A stretch of 63,575 bases of DNA, the filler included, from Platydemus manokwari (lineage: Eukaryota), in assembly GCA_037951405.1 (NCBI GenBank). It is 6 parts of 6 records of this genome, joined end to end, with 100 filler letters (N's around TTAATTAATTAA, not from the genome) between each part and the next. Parts side by side here need not be neighbours in the genome. Positions count along the whole stretch, not along the records: positions 29,252 to 44,963 come from JBBMOY011250318.1; positions 45,064 to 54,221 come from JBBMOY011290651.1; 4 more parts are not named here. One strand, written 5' to 3'. The notes under the pieces were generated by a model, which worked only from the letters and a program-made list of their open reading frames with translations, was not told the DNA's origin and did not search any database. Below, piece after piece: positions 37,064-54,321 of this stretch. Each line of letters starts with the position of its first letter. The first letter of the stretch is position 1. Made by a program: the position numbers and the translations under genes.

Positions 37064-38488
37064 TTATTTTTGGAAGATTATTTATTGTAAAGTTCTAAAG
37101 GCACTGTGGAGTTTATATTTAATAAAATTTTACGTAATCTTTTAAATTTAGCAGAATAATGAGGAAATTTTTTTCATTCTTTTGTTAATAATAATTATTT
37201 TGTATGAATACTTAAATTCGTTTGATGATATCAGTCGATGTCTACATAAATTACTAAAAATAGAATAACTTAGAAAAATATGATTCTTTTAACTGGGAAT
37301 TTTAATTCAAAATTTTCAATTGATAATCTTGATAAATAAATTAAAAACTAGTTCGATAACTCTCTCATATTAACTTGAAACTTTAAAAATTATTATCGAC
37401 TGTTATCAATATTACAAATAAGAGAATTGAGAAGATTATTGAAAACAAGTTGCGATGACTGGATTCTTCCAAATTGGCATGATTATATACACTATTTCTT
37501 TGGATTTGTGTCTTACTTAAAAATTATCAGGTCAAACATGCGCTTCAGAGTTTATATATTTATTAATATCGACCGCAAACTCGGTTTTATCATTCAAAAA
37601 TTCTCTTAGGTGATTTCGAAAACACGGTCTCTTCACTTAGTGTTTAGATATGGGGCCATTTATATCAACATTTCCTTCACAGAAATAATAAAGAGAAAAA
37701 TTTTAAACTGAATAATTAAATATTGGTTTTCTAAAATCTTAAACACAAAAACAACTGAAAATTCATTGAAAAATTCTTTATCGGACTAAATTAAGCATTC
37801 TAATACGCTATTTCATATAATTTTAATGAAATTAAAAAGAAATTTACACCTTCAAATAGTGTAAGTTTATAATTAATAAGATCACTTAAAAATAATGATG
37901 GTTTAAAGTTAATATGAAACATTTTTGTGATTTAAGTCTTTTTTTAAAGCATTTATACGGCAATAAACAACAAATAGTTATTTAACTCCATTTGTATTTT
38001 AATAAAAATGAAATTTAAATTAATAGTGGTACCAAGCACATGCTGCTTTAATCATATCCAATGAAATCAAGACACGTGTATCGGTTATGTGCTTTGTTAA
38101 AAAGTACCAAATCATGTTGAATAGCCAAATCCAATCCACCATTTTGTGAATCATGTTGGAAGTTACGAAATATTATTTTAAAATTTCTTGCTACGTTTCA
38201 AACATGAAATTGTTTTTATGACAAACAAGAAAAATGGTCCAATAAATTAAGTGCACGTAATCAGATTAAATATGCACAAACAACTTAGATCAGAGTCGAT
38301 TTTTTTTTATAAGTGAATTCTGGTTCTAAATATAATTGTATATATATTTATATATATATGTGTGTGTGTAGATCAGGTAACTTAATTCTAAACATCTTTT
38401 TATTTTTATATTCGAAATCATTGTTTTTCTAAATATCATCGAATGATTTATCGATTTTATATTTCAATTATTTAAATAAAAAATCATA

Positions 38489-38746
38489 ATGGCGCAAGTG
38501 GATGTAAACCCCGATGAAATATGTATCGAGCCACCATTCAGACCTTCGCAATTTCCAATTGCAGATCCGAACTATTATGATTTACCCCGTCCTTTGGAAA
38601 AAATGCAATTCGTTGGATATTTACCAAATAATTACAAGCATGCTCCATGTACGACTTTAAGTGAATTCGACACTGATGTTCCAGCGTACAAATATGAAGA
38701 TTGTTTGAAAACAGAAGCTGTTCGCGGTATAACTATATATAATTGA
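38489..38746 (+). CDS. 85-aa uncharacterised Pro/Tyr-rich protein
   Basis: ATG in ATAATGG context, GC content above the flanks, protein-like composition, AT-rich flanks. Divergent from the myotubularin gene. Confidence 0.6.
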   Translation: MAQVDVNPDEICIEPPFRPSQFPIADPNYYDLPRPLEKMQFVGYLPNNYKHAPCTTLSEFDTDVPAYKYEDCLKTEAVRGITIYN

Positions 38747-39249
38747 TAATTTTAAATGTATTTGAATATAAAATATGTGAGTAAATCGTGTAAAATAAGT
38801 ATCAACGGTATTCTATTATTTTGTTGTTAACCGAGTTGATTCCCATTATGAATATGTTGTCCATTTCTCGAAAATAAAATTTATTTGATCCGATAATTGA
38901 TCTACAAATTAATCAAGAGAAGAATTGTAATTCTATTAATAAAAATTAAATAATAATAATGAATATTTTAACAGAATATTATTATTATTACTAAATTTGA
39001 TACATTTAATTATTATAAATTTTTCTTTGCCACATTAAAGACAACAATTCTGACATAAATTCGCATCTCACATTCCCGATGTCAACGTTCATTTCAGAAG
39101 CTCTTTCGTTATTAAAGATGGATGGTGAAGCGGTATATATGCCTAACAGCAAGCCATAAAGCTTCACTTGTGATTACAAATTTTATTTTCAAATTCATTT
39201 TAAGAATGCGATGAAACTATGATTTTGAAATGCTAAAATTATCAGTTAC

Positions 39250-42200
39250 CTTTGAGAATAAACATTGAAAGAAGCACGGAGGTTGTGCTACTCTGTCGGG
39301 ATCCAGTTATACTATAATCTTCTGGAATGAGTGTATTAAATTTTCATCAACCCAATTCTTCAGTTGTTTGCACAGAATTGTTGTGAATATTTTATAGCTG
39401 CAGTCGAGCAGAGCAATGAAGCACCAGGGGCTAACTTGATGATAGAGGCCCTCTTTCATAGGTTTTGATATCATCAATGTTGTATATGTTTTCCATTCCT
39501 CTGACATTTCTTGGTTAGATAACCGGTTTGTGAAAATCTTATACGATTATTATGTCTGGGTTTGCATATGGAATATTCTTATAGTTCATCTTGTTTTTCC
39601 AGGAACAATTAGGTCCTTTTTACAAAGGGTTGCATAAATTGTTTCTAGTTCTATTGTGCTGAAATCAAAGTTTTGGCCCCTTTTAGTAACTTTCTTTAGT
39701 GAACAATAATTTTTACATGCTCGTACACGATCCTTCGCATTCAGGAAAATCTGTTTTTCCTCGAAATGTTTTTCAAAGTCTTTGAATAGGTAGAGTCAAT
39801 TTTTGTATATTGCGTGGCTAATTCAAAGGCAGCAGATGGAGCGTGATTAAACAGTCTTCTTAGTTTCAGGTCAGTTTTACCTCCTTTTTAATCATTGGCT
39901 TTACCCATAAGGGGTTACTTAGTAATTTAATTGTGCAGAGACAACGAATGAATTCAAAGTATTTGCTAAACATCTCATCTGTGTCATTTGTAAAGTGGTT
40001 GGCCAGGCCTTCTGCTAATGACTTCTTAATTTCAAATGTACCTTTTTGCATCAGGAATTCACATTAGTTGTTCTTCTCTTTTGATCATTCATGTTCGAGG
40101 ATCGCTTTATTATTTTTTTCTTTATCGTCTTGATGTTTTTTCTTAACAGTTGACAGTTATGGGTGATGTTCGGCATATATTTAAATATCCCGCTTTCCCC
40201 AAAATTGCACTGTAGTAGTCTTATCTTTGTAGGCTCAATTTCATTCAGACCTTCTTTGTTCCATATCATTATAAAAATATTTCTATTTAGACTATTGAAA
40301 GTTTGTTTCTACATCATCCATTCATCACCTCTAGGGTCCAGCAATTGAATTGATTTTTCTGTTACAAAAATTATCACTCGAATCTAGCGTTTAGATTTCA
40401 TTGGAAGTGGACAAAAGATAATTTCCCTTTTTTGAAATACTGGAGCGACAGGAATTCAAGAATATCTTCAACTTTATCGATTCCGAGGGCTCTGCCATTA
40501 AAATGATCGAATACTAGAAATTTTCGACATTGAAGTTCTTTTTTACATAAGGCCATCATGTGTCTTTCTGTAAAGAAGATATGGTCATCCTGGTTAATCG
40601 AATCTTGTGAAATGTTTTGTTTACATATTCTTCCAATGGCTCTTCTAACGTGTATGCCTATGCATTATTACTTATTGGCCAGCTTCATTTAAGAATTTAT
40701 AACTACTCAATGGGTCAAGTATTCCTCCCCGAATGAGTAGGTCACTAGTAGCGTCCAGTGTTGGTTTTGTGTGTTAATTGGAGTGAAGTCTATTATACAT
40801 ATTGTGAGCCTCATGGAATTGATACCAACTTCACTGAGATTGGATCCATTTGTAATTAATTCTGCAACATGGCTAATGATGAACATGCAGTCATTTAAAT
40901 TAACATATGTTGATACATATTTATCAATCTGGTCTCCGGAGAACCTTTTGGCATATGATACTGGGGCCTTTTTGTTCGCTCCGGACGAAGCCCCAGTGGG
41001 ATCTCATCAAAAGTTAACTCGCAGTACCAGACAAGGAGTACTCCTCACTATATAACAGCCTTGATCTGTGAATAGTTGACAGGTATCGATTCTTGTTTAC
41101 GTTTTTTGGTGTAGGCGCTATGGCCTGTTTATCCATCCTGCTTAGCATTTTTTCTTGATTTGAAATGATTTTTTTTTATTTTGACTTCTTTAATAATTAG
41201 GTCCGGTATTTCTTCTTAAGCTGCACAGTTTTCTGGAGTTTTAGTTTTCGTATTTCTATCTTAAACTCATCCTTCATCTTTTTCTAAATGTTTTTGTGAG
41301 TTCAAGAACATCAAACTTATATTTTGCTGTGGAAGGACCTTCTCCAATACTTTCGTATCATCACTCGTCAATGACGATAGAGGAGATGTTGCAGTATTGA
41401 TTTTAAGGAGTGTTTCAGTGAAATGTGCGCTTGATTCACTGTTCAGAACTATGGTAGGCATATCTAATTCAGCAGCTTGTATTATGATCTTGGTTGCATT
41501 TATATTGAGGATATCTCGGTTCATGTGATTTGTTGTTACTATATCAACTATCAACTGTTGTTACTAGATTAACTTCGTTCAATTGTTTGGGTGGAGAATT
41601 CACGATGCTTTGCTAGCTATTGCCAAGATCATTTATAGTGTATGAGTTTTGATCATCCAGGTTAAATCTTTTATCATTATACAATGTAATAGTTGGCTGA
41701 AATATATTTTTTAGAGTTTCCATAATTTTATCGGTAACCATACCTTCTGCTTCATAATTAGGTAGATTATTTTTGAATTGCAATAGTGCGTCGTTATTCT
41801 TTAATGTTTGGATATTATTAGTTACAGTTGGTACCCTTGGCATTTGTTTTCATGTTTGTTTGCTTCATTCTGTTGTCTTTTTCCCTTTCTCCAAGGATTT
41901 TTCTAAATTTATCTAAAGTTTTGAGACGTTTAACTTTTATTGATCCCATTTCAATGTTAAGAGACCATAATTTGTCGGAGTTAATAGTAGCAGAACTAAG
42001 GGGTCTCAGTTTCTTTTTGGAATGTATATAATTTTTTGTACGTTCAATACCTGATGACTTTATATTGGTTTTTTCATTTTCCGGTTTAAACTGGGAAGAA
42101 TAATCTCACGTGGAGTTTTGTCGTGTCTTCCTCCTTATCATTTTGTAACCCCTATCATCGAGTGTAATGGTAATTGTTATCACTTGATCTCTTATGCTTG

Positions 42201-42450
42201 GGGTCTTTTACTATTACCATCCTTCCAGTTTACAAATTTCACAACATTTACATAGGACGGCCTTGCATTGAGGTGGTATTGTCTGTTCTCTGTGTGGAAG
42301 TATTCATTGGTATTTTCAATCGGGTAATTCGATGCGAATTTCTCCACAATTCTGACCAACCGATTGATATGCAATCAGTTGAAATGTTTTTCGACAGTTT
42401 GCTGTTATTAAAATTCTTTACATTAAAGAGGCGTTCTTCAATCGTTTGAT
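39250..42450 (-). mobile_element. Decayed NeSL/R2-group non-LTR retrotransposon (5' region plus start of RT)
   Basis: RT N-terminal motifs EEWKTYTTLMISKP...PWCFIALLDCSYKIFTTILCKQLKNWVDENLIHSFQK. Upstream ~2.5 kb of interrupted minus-strand coding-like sequence. Confidence 0.7.
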
Positions 42451-44963
42451 TCCGTTAGATAGTTTAAATTGATTAGTCACACATTAATCAAGCAATTAAT
42501 AATCAAAACGATTTAAATTTTTAAAATTAGTAGAATTTATTTCGATACAACGAATACAATTTTAAAATATTCAATGAATTCCTGTAGCATTTGCTTTAGA
42601 TATCGAGTTGTGGGACTTCCTGTATATTTTAAAATGCCAACTCATATTGCTGAAAATTAATAAATATGGATATTTTGAGAACAAGGAACATAAGGTAACT
42701 TATTTTTGTAATCTTTTTAAAACGAAATACAAACATCAAATAATTTGTAAAGTACAGTTAGTAATTACATTATCATCATTTATTTAGGGTTATTGTACAC
42801 CACCAGAATAAACTGCAAAATTGAGACTAGGCTTTATCACTAGGAATAAGATCAACTGTCAAGATTTAAAAATATCTTTTGATATAATGAATAATTTTGA
42901 AAAACACAGGAACCTGGAACCCACAAAAGAACAATCTTCTATAAAACATAGGCATAGATAAATCACAGATAACTTTCATCTCGGGCTTTCTAATGCCTTC
43001 GCAACATATAAAGGTTCGCACCGATTAGAGGAAAATCAAAAACCCCTCGTGGGCACGAACCTTCAATTCAATTACCAACATTGCATATCAAAATTAACAA
43101 TGCGAACTTGCAATGTTACTAGAAACGAGACGAATCTTAATAGAAGAAGCTCCAAATATATATTGTATATAAAAGGAAATTGATTGTATAAATATCATAG
43201 ATCGACTCGAGTAATTGTGTCACCGCATTGTGAAGATTTTTATATTTATTCAAAATAAATTTTAGTTTTCATAGTTTATGAAGAATATCAAGACTCCTCA
43301 GTAAGTTGATGTAATTGAAAATGTGCATTTATTGATTTATTGATTTATTTAAGAATTTATATATGAATGTATTCTTTTATATCTACTTCTGAGAATGTTT
43401 TTATTTTTAAAATATATGTTCAGACTTTTGGAGAACAACATATTCCAGTGAGATTATCTTGATTATAAACGTTAATTTATATAACTGAAAATTATCGATA
43501 GGAAGTTTCATTGATCACAGTCCTTATCATAAAATGAAGGCATTTGAAAAATTTTCGCTTCCTAAAAATCCACCAAAACCAGATTGTACGTGAACTATTA
43601 TTATACTGGAAAATTTTTTATTTCATTTCCATAAAAATTACTGAAAACAGAATACAGAAAATGTAATATTAAATTAGTTTTTTGTTAAAAATCGTTATGG
43701 AAAGATTTTGAAATCTAATTTCCATTTAATTTTTGATTAAAATATGATTTGATTTATGAAACGACCATTATAAATGAAATAAAAAATTTTCATCGTTGAT
43801 TTAATGTTTATTTTATAAAATTTTACTCAAAATCGTATTTCATTTTTATTCTATTAATTAATTATGTTAATATAATGAAATAGCTGGGTAACATTCTACA
43901 AGAATAATGATAAAAATGATAAGTGAATGCTTTGAAGAGTTATAAAGATAATAGTACCTTATGTGATGAACTATCCACAATTAACATCAATAAAAACTTT
44001 TAATTTCCTTTTAAATGAGTGCCAGAAATCTAGCTATTTATGATTGCAAATTATATCCCCCAATACACTAATGAAGGAGTGAAACAATGAAATCACTAAT
44101 CAAAACTCTTGAGCTAAGATCCAGAACGTTATCAAAAAATGAAAATATAAGCTGTACCAACAAATCAATAAAGAGGTATTGTATTCTAGTATTACCTGTC
44201 TTTTGATGGAATCTGTCAGTCTTTTTGTTCGGTAACTCGATTAATTTTTATCAATTTTTATTTCGTTTTTCATTTTGTGTTTTGAACTTAATATTGCTTG
44301 ACAGAATCACAATGTAAACAACAATAAAGTTTAATTTTTACTCATCAAATTTTTTAATTAAATTGATCATGAATATTTAAAACATGGATTGGTCAGTGTG
44401 GTCTTAAAAAATAATTGGTAACCGGAAAGATTTATTATGTGTTATCATTATTACACTGAAATTATGAATGGACATCTTTAAAATTAAAATGTGAAATCTA
44501 GTAACGTTTTGATTGTCGAAATAATTATAATTTTCAAAAATTCATTCAAAACCACTTTTATAAAGTATAGAATTTCTTCATTCAGGTTATTTGATTGATA
44601 AACCGCAATCACTATTTCCGAAAGTTCCAATTCAGAAACAAGAAAATGTAATTATATATATTTTTAAAAACTTATTTTAATCATAAACATGGTATGGTTT
44701 ATTGGTAATCAACAGTGTAGGGAAATAAAAGTTTTAAAAACCTATTTGTCGGTGGACTTAAATTCGCTGGAAATATGAGTGTTTCAATCAGTAGACTATT
44801 TTAATATTCTTGTAGTTATGCTTATAGTTTTTAGCTCAAAAAGCAATAATTTAATCTTCAATAGATATTTGTTTCTGCAAAATCTCAATGATTTGTAAAT
44901 ATAATGAAGTTCAGAATAAATTCTTTTCAGGTTGCTGATTAACTATTGAATTGCATTTATAAA

Positions 44964-45063
44964 NNNNNNNNNNNNNNNNNNNNNNNNNNNNNNNNNNNNN
45001 NNNNNNNTTAATTAATTAANNNNNNNNNNNNNNNNNNNNNNNNNNNNNNNNNNNNNNNNNNNN
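44964..45063. other. Artificial contig spacer
   Basis: 44N-TTAATTAATTAA-44N. Confidence 0.97.
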
Positions 45064-47370
45064 TCAAATAATTTTCTCTCCAAATAATAAGACAAATAAT
45101 AATCGAGTAACTCATCATAAATAATAAATCAAATGAATAATCGTTATGTATTAATATTTAAAACATTTTTGAAAAAATATTCTTAATAGCGGCAAATTAA
45201 AATATAATTTATCTGGGATTAAGTCTTTGAAGTTCCGAATATTTTCCGATAATATTTTGCGATTATATGTTATCAATAGCTATGATATTATGTATATTAT
45301 ATTAATATTGGTAGATATTTTCAAAATTTTCAAACCATAAGACTTAGTGAAAGGGCTTCATTTTGAATTTAAATTAGAATTTATCGATGAATATTATTAA
45401 TTCAAACAAAAACACTGACCTATATGAGTTATGAAAACATTTTTGAAAAGATTAATTAAATTTTTTATGGATAGTTTTAAACTGATTAAACTTCAATTTG
45501 TTAAAAATAACTATTTCATTAATATTATATTTTTGTAGTTTTATTTTCAGTTTTTCATATATTAATTAAAAATAATTTCAAACTGAAAAAAAATATTTAA
45601 TATATGACATTAAAATCGGTGATCACACTTTTAATTAGATATGGTCATGAATTGCAAAAATTGAAAGGGTCGATTGGATAAACCTAATTAATTAAAGAGT
45701 CCAAGAAACCATGATTTATTAATTACAATTTATTATAATTTTAGAATCACTATAAGCATAATATATTATTTAATAAAGTAACTTTGTAGCAAATGACTTC
45801 AAATAGATATAACAAATAAATAAATAATGATTAAAATGAGTTATTATGATAAAATCTAAACAATCTCTTTCTTAGGATCCACAGATTCCGTCCTTGCTTC
45901 ATAATGTGTTTTAAAAATCTGCCTTTATTTTAAAGTTTAATTTAAAAAATGTTCGAATTATATTTTAAAAGTTTATCTTCGAACTTAATAATTTCATAAA
46001 TGAAGTTCATATGATAATATTTTTATTATAAAACTAATACCATTAAAATTGTATTAGAACTCGGTATAATTTTATGTTAAATATATCTTTAATAATAACA
46101 ATAAATTTTTATAATTAAATTCTGAAGTATAATTTCCCAATAGCCATGAGCTTTAGAGAAGCGTTTTGAGCATACGATAATCCTTTAAATTCAAATGAAA
46201 AGCTTTTAAATTTTTATTGGAGATTCTAAAATTATGATAAAAAATATTTGAATTTCTTGTTATTGGTTTCAAAAATTGACTTTTACCGGGTTCAATTCAG
46301 AAAATATTTTTGACCAGTTCAAACGATTAGTATACTAGAGAATAATTTGTATAATAATTATCGATTATAAAACAAATCCACGCTTCATTGTTTGGAAGCT
46401 TCAAAGTAGAAATCACATCTCTACTCCACAAGTAGCTCAAATTTTATAAAATATTTCGAGAACTAGATTAGAAATATATTTTATGGTGAATATTGGATTC
46501 ACAATTTATGTTATCAACCTACAATTCATTTGCCATTTCTTTATTTCAATTTATCCCGATTATTTAATTAATTTTAAAAATGTTTCATCAAAATTCTACA
46601 ATTTTTTTCTTACTAAATGAATTTCAGTCTACAATTTCCCTCTAGTAATCTACTTGACATTTCTTTCAGAGATCGTATTTCATTTATTTTAGATATTTTC
46701 CTCCATAGACAAATATCGTTGAGAAATTAATACATCCCATTTGAGTGAATGAGACACTCCTATCAGTCACTCGATAATGACCACTGAAAGTATTGGACTC
46801 TCATTAAATAAAAACTACATTTCTTCAACATCATTTTTATCATAAAATTTTTCGTGGTATAATTAATAAATATTTTTCTCTTTTAAATGTTTTTTTTCTC
46901 AATAACGTATTCCTTTCTTTTATAGAAATACAAGTAGTCTAATCTCACATGAAACCATTGATGTTAAATTTGCACCTCATAATTATCTTGATCTATGACG
47001 GAATAATTAGATTGTGATTTTATTAAGAATTGTGGTTATTACCAAATCGAAAAAGTTCTCATATTTGTATCATGGTTTAGTTGGTCAAATACCATGTCGA
47101 TCTGATCAGTCTCTACATCAACAGTCGTTCAACACTTTATTAGTCGAGATTCTTTCCCATATGTTGAAGGTGTGATTTTTATGTTCAAAATAATTACACT
47201 CAAATTCATAACAATACTTTTATTGACGATTATAAAAATTTCAAAGTTGCATTCAGTTAAGAAATAAGTTTAGATAGTTTACATCATGCAATACAATATT
47301 TTAAAATTTTCTATGAGATGCCCATAGATAACACAATTACCAAAAAGCCGTTTTTGACTTTACATTTTAA

Positions 47371-47623
47371 CACGTTGACTGACACTTGCGTCTATAACCG
47401 TCAAAGTGAAGTTCACTATGTGGCATGACGGCAATAGCCGTCTAAAACGAAACGGTCTTTTTTGGACAATGTGGCTATAGCGGCACAAATGTACATTTAC
47501 CGGCGTACAAATAGAAGACTAGTGTCATGTTTTGGAAACAATTCTCTCGGTTGACTTTTGAAATAAGTACGACATATAGTGTTAAATTTCGAACTTCACT
47601 TGTCCATACTGTCCGTCAATGTG
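47371..47623. mobile_element. piggyBac-type MITE (253 bp)
   Basis: TTAA on both sides (47367-47370, 47624-47627). TIRs CACGTTGACTGACA / TGTCCGTCAATGTG (12/14). Subterminal IR aagtgaagttc / gaacttcactt. Confidence 0.85.
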
Positions 47624-50187
47624 TTAATAATATATTTTATAATATTGCCACCTGAAGTTTTTTTAAAATTCAGATTTCGTTGGTAATCGAATTTCAATTC
47701 TGTTTCGTTAGAATTTTAATCTCCGATTTTTTTTGTATTAATAGTTTCGTCCTATGTACAACTGTTTCATATACACTTCTACTCGAAGGTTCAATTATCG
47801 TTCGCTGCAAATTAGTCATTTTCAAATTTTGTTTTGCAATAAATTTTTACTGATTTTCATTTGGATATTTAAAATCGGTGATTTTCTCTTAAGTTACCTG
47901 ATTTCTAAATATTATTATTTTTTGGCTATGTATTGTCCTATTTCTTTCGAATGTTTGACTTTGTGGTATTCATTTGTCATTTTATTTGTAATGACAACCT
48001 TTATTTTACCTGATATCCTTAGAAGTTCTGAAAAAACGTATAGTTAAAGGTTTAAACCAAAATAATGTTTAATCGCAAATTAATTATCTTTGGTTGATGG
48101 TATTATACATGATAACTTATGACAATGCGAAACCTAAATATTATCGTTGGTTTTCTGCTGTCGAAGTTTTCACACACTATTGTCAATTATTCCAACAGAT
48201 GAGTTAGAAAATCAGTTCAAGTAAAATATAAAAGTTGGTCCTACATGAAACACAAAATCCCTTGAACAGTTAATACTTTTATTTTAATCGAACTATAACT
48301 GCAAAACAATCAAGCACAAGTTAGGCACTTTTTTAAAACAAAATAATGAGAGCTGATTAGAGAACAATCAAATTCTTCAAAATTTTCGATTTATTTATTC
48401 TATATTCTAAGGTATATGTATAAATAGATTGTATTAACAGCACTTATTCAAACTTTAGCTACAAATGGAAATATTCCTGATCAATTATTAACACAATTCT
48501 TTTCAACACTGCTAGTTTATCAAAAAGTAATATTTTGGCTCACTAAAGTTGTTCAATAACTACTACTGAAAAAGTTTTCGTCAGTAGCTTGTCGTTCTAG
48601 TTCACTTCTAAGAAAATGTTTGTGTATTGTGATGGAATCGGCTCACTATTTACACTATTTTCATAGATTTCAGTTAATTCGTGCTAAGATAATAATTTCA
48701 GATCTGTGCTCGAATATAACGAACGGATTTCTCAACTTAAAAATTTTTGTAACAAAACTTGAATTTCGTACTGAAATTTCGTTTGAATTCGTACTAACAT
48801 TAGTTAATTTATATTTATAATAATAATCTAATGATGAAATACATTTCAACTTATAAAATAAATTTAACTCCAATTAATCTGCAAATTAAATAAAACACAC
48901 GCGATGCAAGTAAGCATATTTCCATGTTAAGTCCGATGGTATGCCATAACCATCGTCGATTCCGGAGTGATCGGTACTCGGAAGTGTGAAAAGTATCCTT
49001 CAGGACCCAAAAGACAATCGACATCAAATGGTTCTGTTGCTCAGCCAATCAAATTCTCAACAATCTTATTTGGGCGTCAGCGGACATAAAGTGCAGATCA
49101 GTCATCCAATTGAGGAAAAGGCTGCCTATTAAGAAACATTTGTATGACTAGAAACCATTTTTTGATATTTCCTGTGTTCTACGGCCAATTATTTATGTGT
49201 AAATTAAATAACTATATTATTTAATTTAGATAAACATACATTGGAACATGATACTAGAAGAGTTAATTTGCAAACATCGGATTTATCATTGGAACGAAAA
49301 ATATTTATTTAAACAAATAACAATATGATTCCATAAAATATTTTATTAAAATCTATATCAAATAATCGATATTCAATAATCGATTTAAAAGCACTTAAAT
49401 GGTCTACTGTAATTAAGCCTTAAATAAAGCATTTACTAATAATCATTATTAGCAAGATTAAAATCTTAATATAATTAACCTTCAAATCAACATATGTTTA
49501 ATAATCTTTGTGGTAACGAATTAAAATTTTTATTTAGTACGACTGAATTTTTATAATTTTCAATTCGATTTAAAAGATCCGAAAATATCATTTGATATGA
49601 CATTCACGATGTTAATTTATCAAAACAAAGAGAATTATAATGGTTTATTAATTAATAAGTATTCTAATATTGTGATAAATCTTCGGAAAAAAACGTTATA
49701 AATTATTTCTAAGTTTGATTTTATTTCTTAAATTAAAATTTTGAACTAATATCGAATGAAAAATAAAAAAAATATACTTTCAAGTTAATACACACAGAGT
49801 CATATCGATGGAAACTCAAAATTAATTCGAAAATGAAACTAATCGAGATAAATTAATGAATCAAATTGATGCAGCAATCGAGTGAAACTATAATTAAGAA
49901 TTTCATTTTTATGCCAACCATTTATGAATTAAATTTCTATAAATTTCTATCGATAAAATTTCTAAAATGTTATCATAGAACTTCTAGCATTATTATATCC
50001 CAAGACGATGGTTTTAATATCTTTGTAAAATAAAATATTAAGTGGAAATAGTAAAAACAATCAAATCAAAAATAATTTTTACGAAATAAAAGAATAAGAT
50101 AAAAATATTAAATAACCATTGTATATTTATAGCAAATGATAATTCGAATTGATGAAACAATAAATTTTCGAATATTGTAAATCATTA

Positions 50188-53508
<3,321 letters not shown>

Positions 53509-54221
53509 TTCACCTTCTCTCAATCTTTGCGGAGAACCCGAAATTACCTTAAATGCCATTGAATATTGAGTACAGCAAAAACAAATCGACAATAATTTAC
53601 CTGAACAGATCCACAAGAATAGTATGGAAAGTGAATTGAATCAGAGGAATGATTATTGTCTGCCAGCTTGGATGATAGATCGGTTATGAAGCTACATTAA
53701 TTTGATAAATCATATCAAAATCCAACAACAAAAAAAAATAACAATTTAAAACAGCAAATAAAATAGCAAATTGTAGTTGGAGATTAAGTGGAATAATTAA
53801 TTATGACGGGCTTTTGCAAACATGGGCTTTTGTAAACCACTTATTTTACCGCAGATAATGGGTTTGCTGGACCCGAGAGAATAGGGATAGCAGACTGTTA
53901 GTGAATAGTTTGTTTAGATAATCGCTTCTAATAATTAAGAATTTCAGGTTTTTATTAATAAAATGCATTCGATAGTTCAGCTGTTAAATTAATTGAAGAA
54001 AGAATTAAAAACTTGTATCACGATAACTTAAGGTTCTATTGTGACCATGACAACTATATGTAAGAAATGATAATTTCATTATTATTATTATTATTATTCT
54101 TATTAAATTTATTGATATTAATAATAACGAAATTATTATTATATAAACTATTATTAATGTGAATCAAATTGTATAAATTTTTGTTAAAAGTAAATATTAT
54201 TATTATTATTGGTATAATAAT

Positions 54222-54321
54222 NNNNNNNNNNNNNNNNNNNNNNNNNNNNNNNNNNNNNNNNNNNNTTAATTAATTAANNNNNNNNNNNNNNNNNNNNNNN
54301 NNNNNNNNNNNNNNNNNNNNN
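54222..54321. other. Artificial contig spacer
   Basis: 44N-TTAATTAATTAA-44N. Confidence 0.97.

Noticed and set aside
43010-43065. GC-rich hairpin aaggttcg...cgaacctt, considered as a twister or HDV ribozyme
   Set aside because: The required P2 and pseudoknot pairings could not be formed.
47511-47535. miR-7-like agaagactagtg
   Set aside because: Lies inside the piggyBac MITE, with no precursor hairpin and a mismatched seed.
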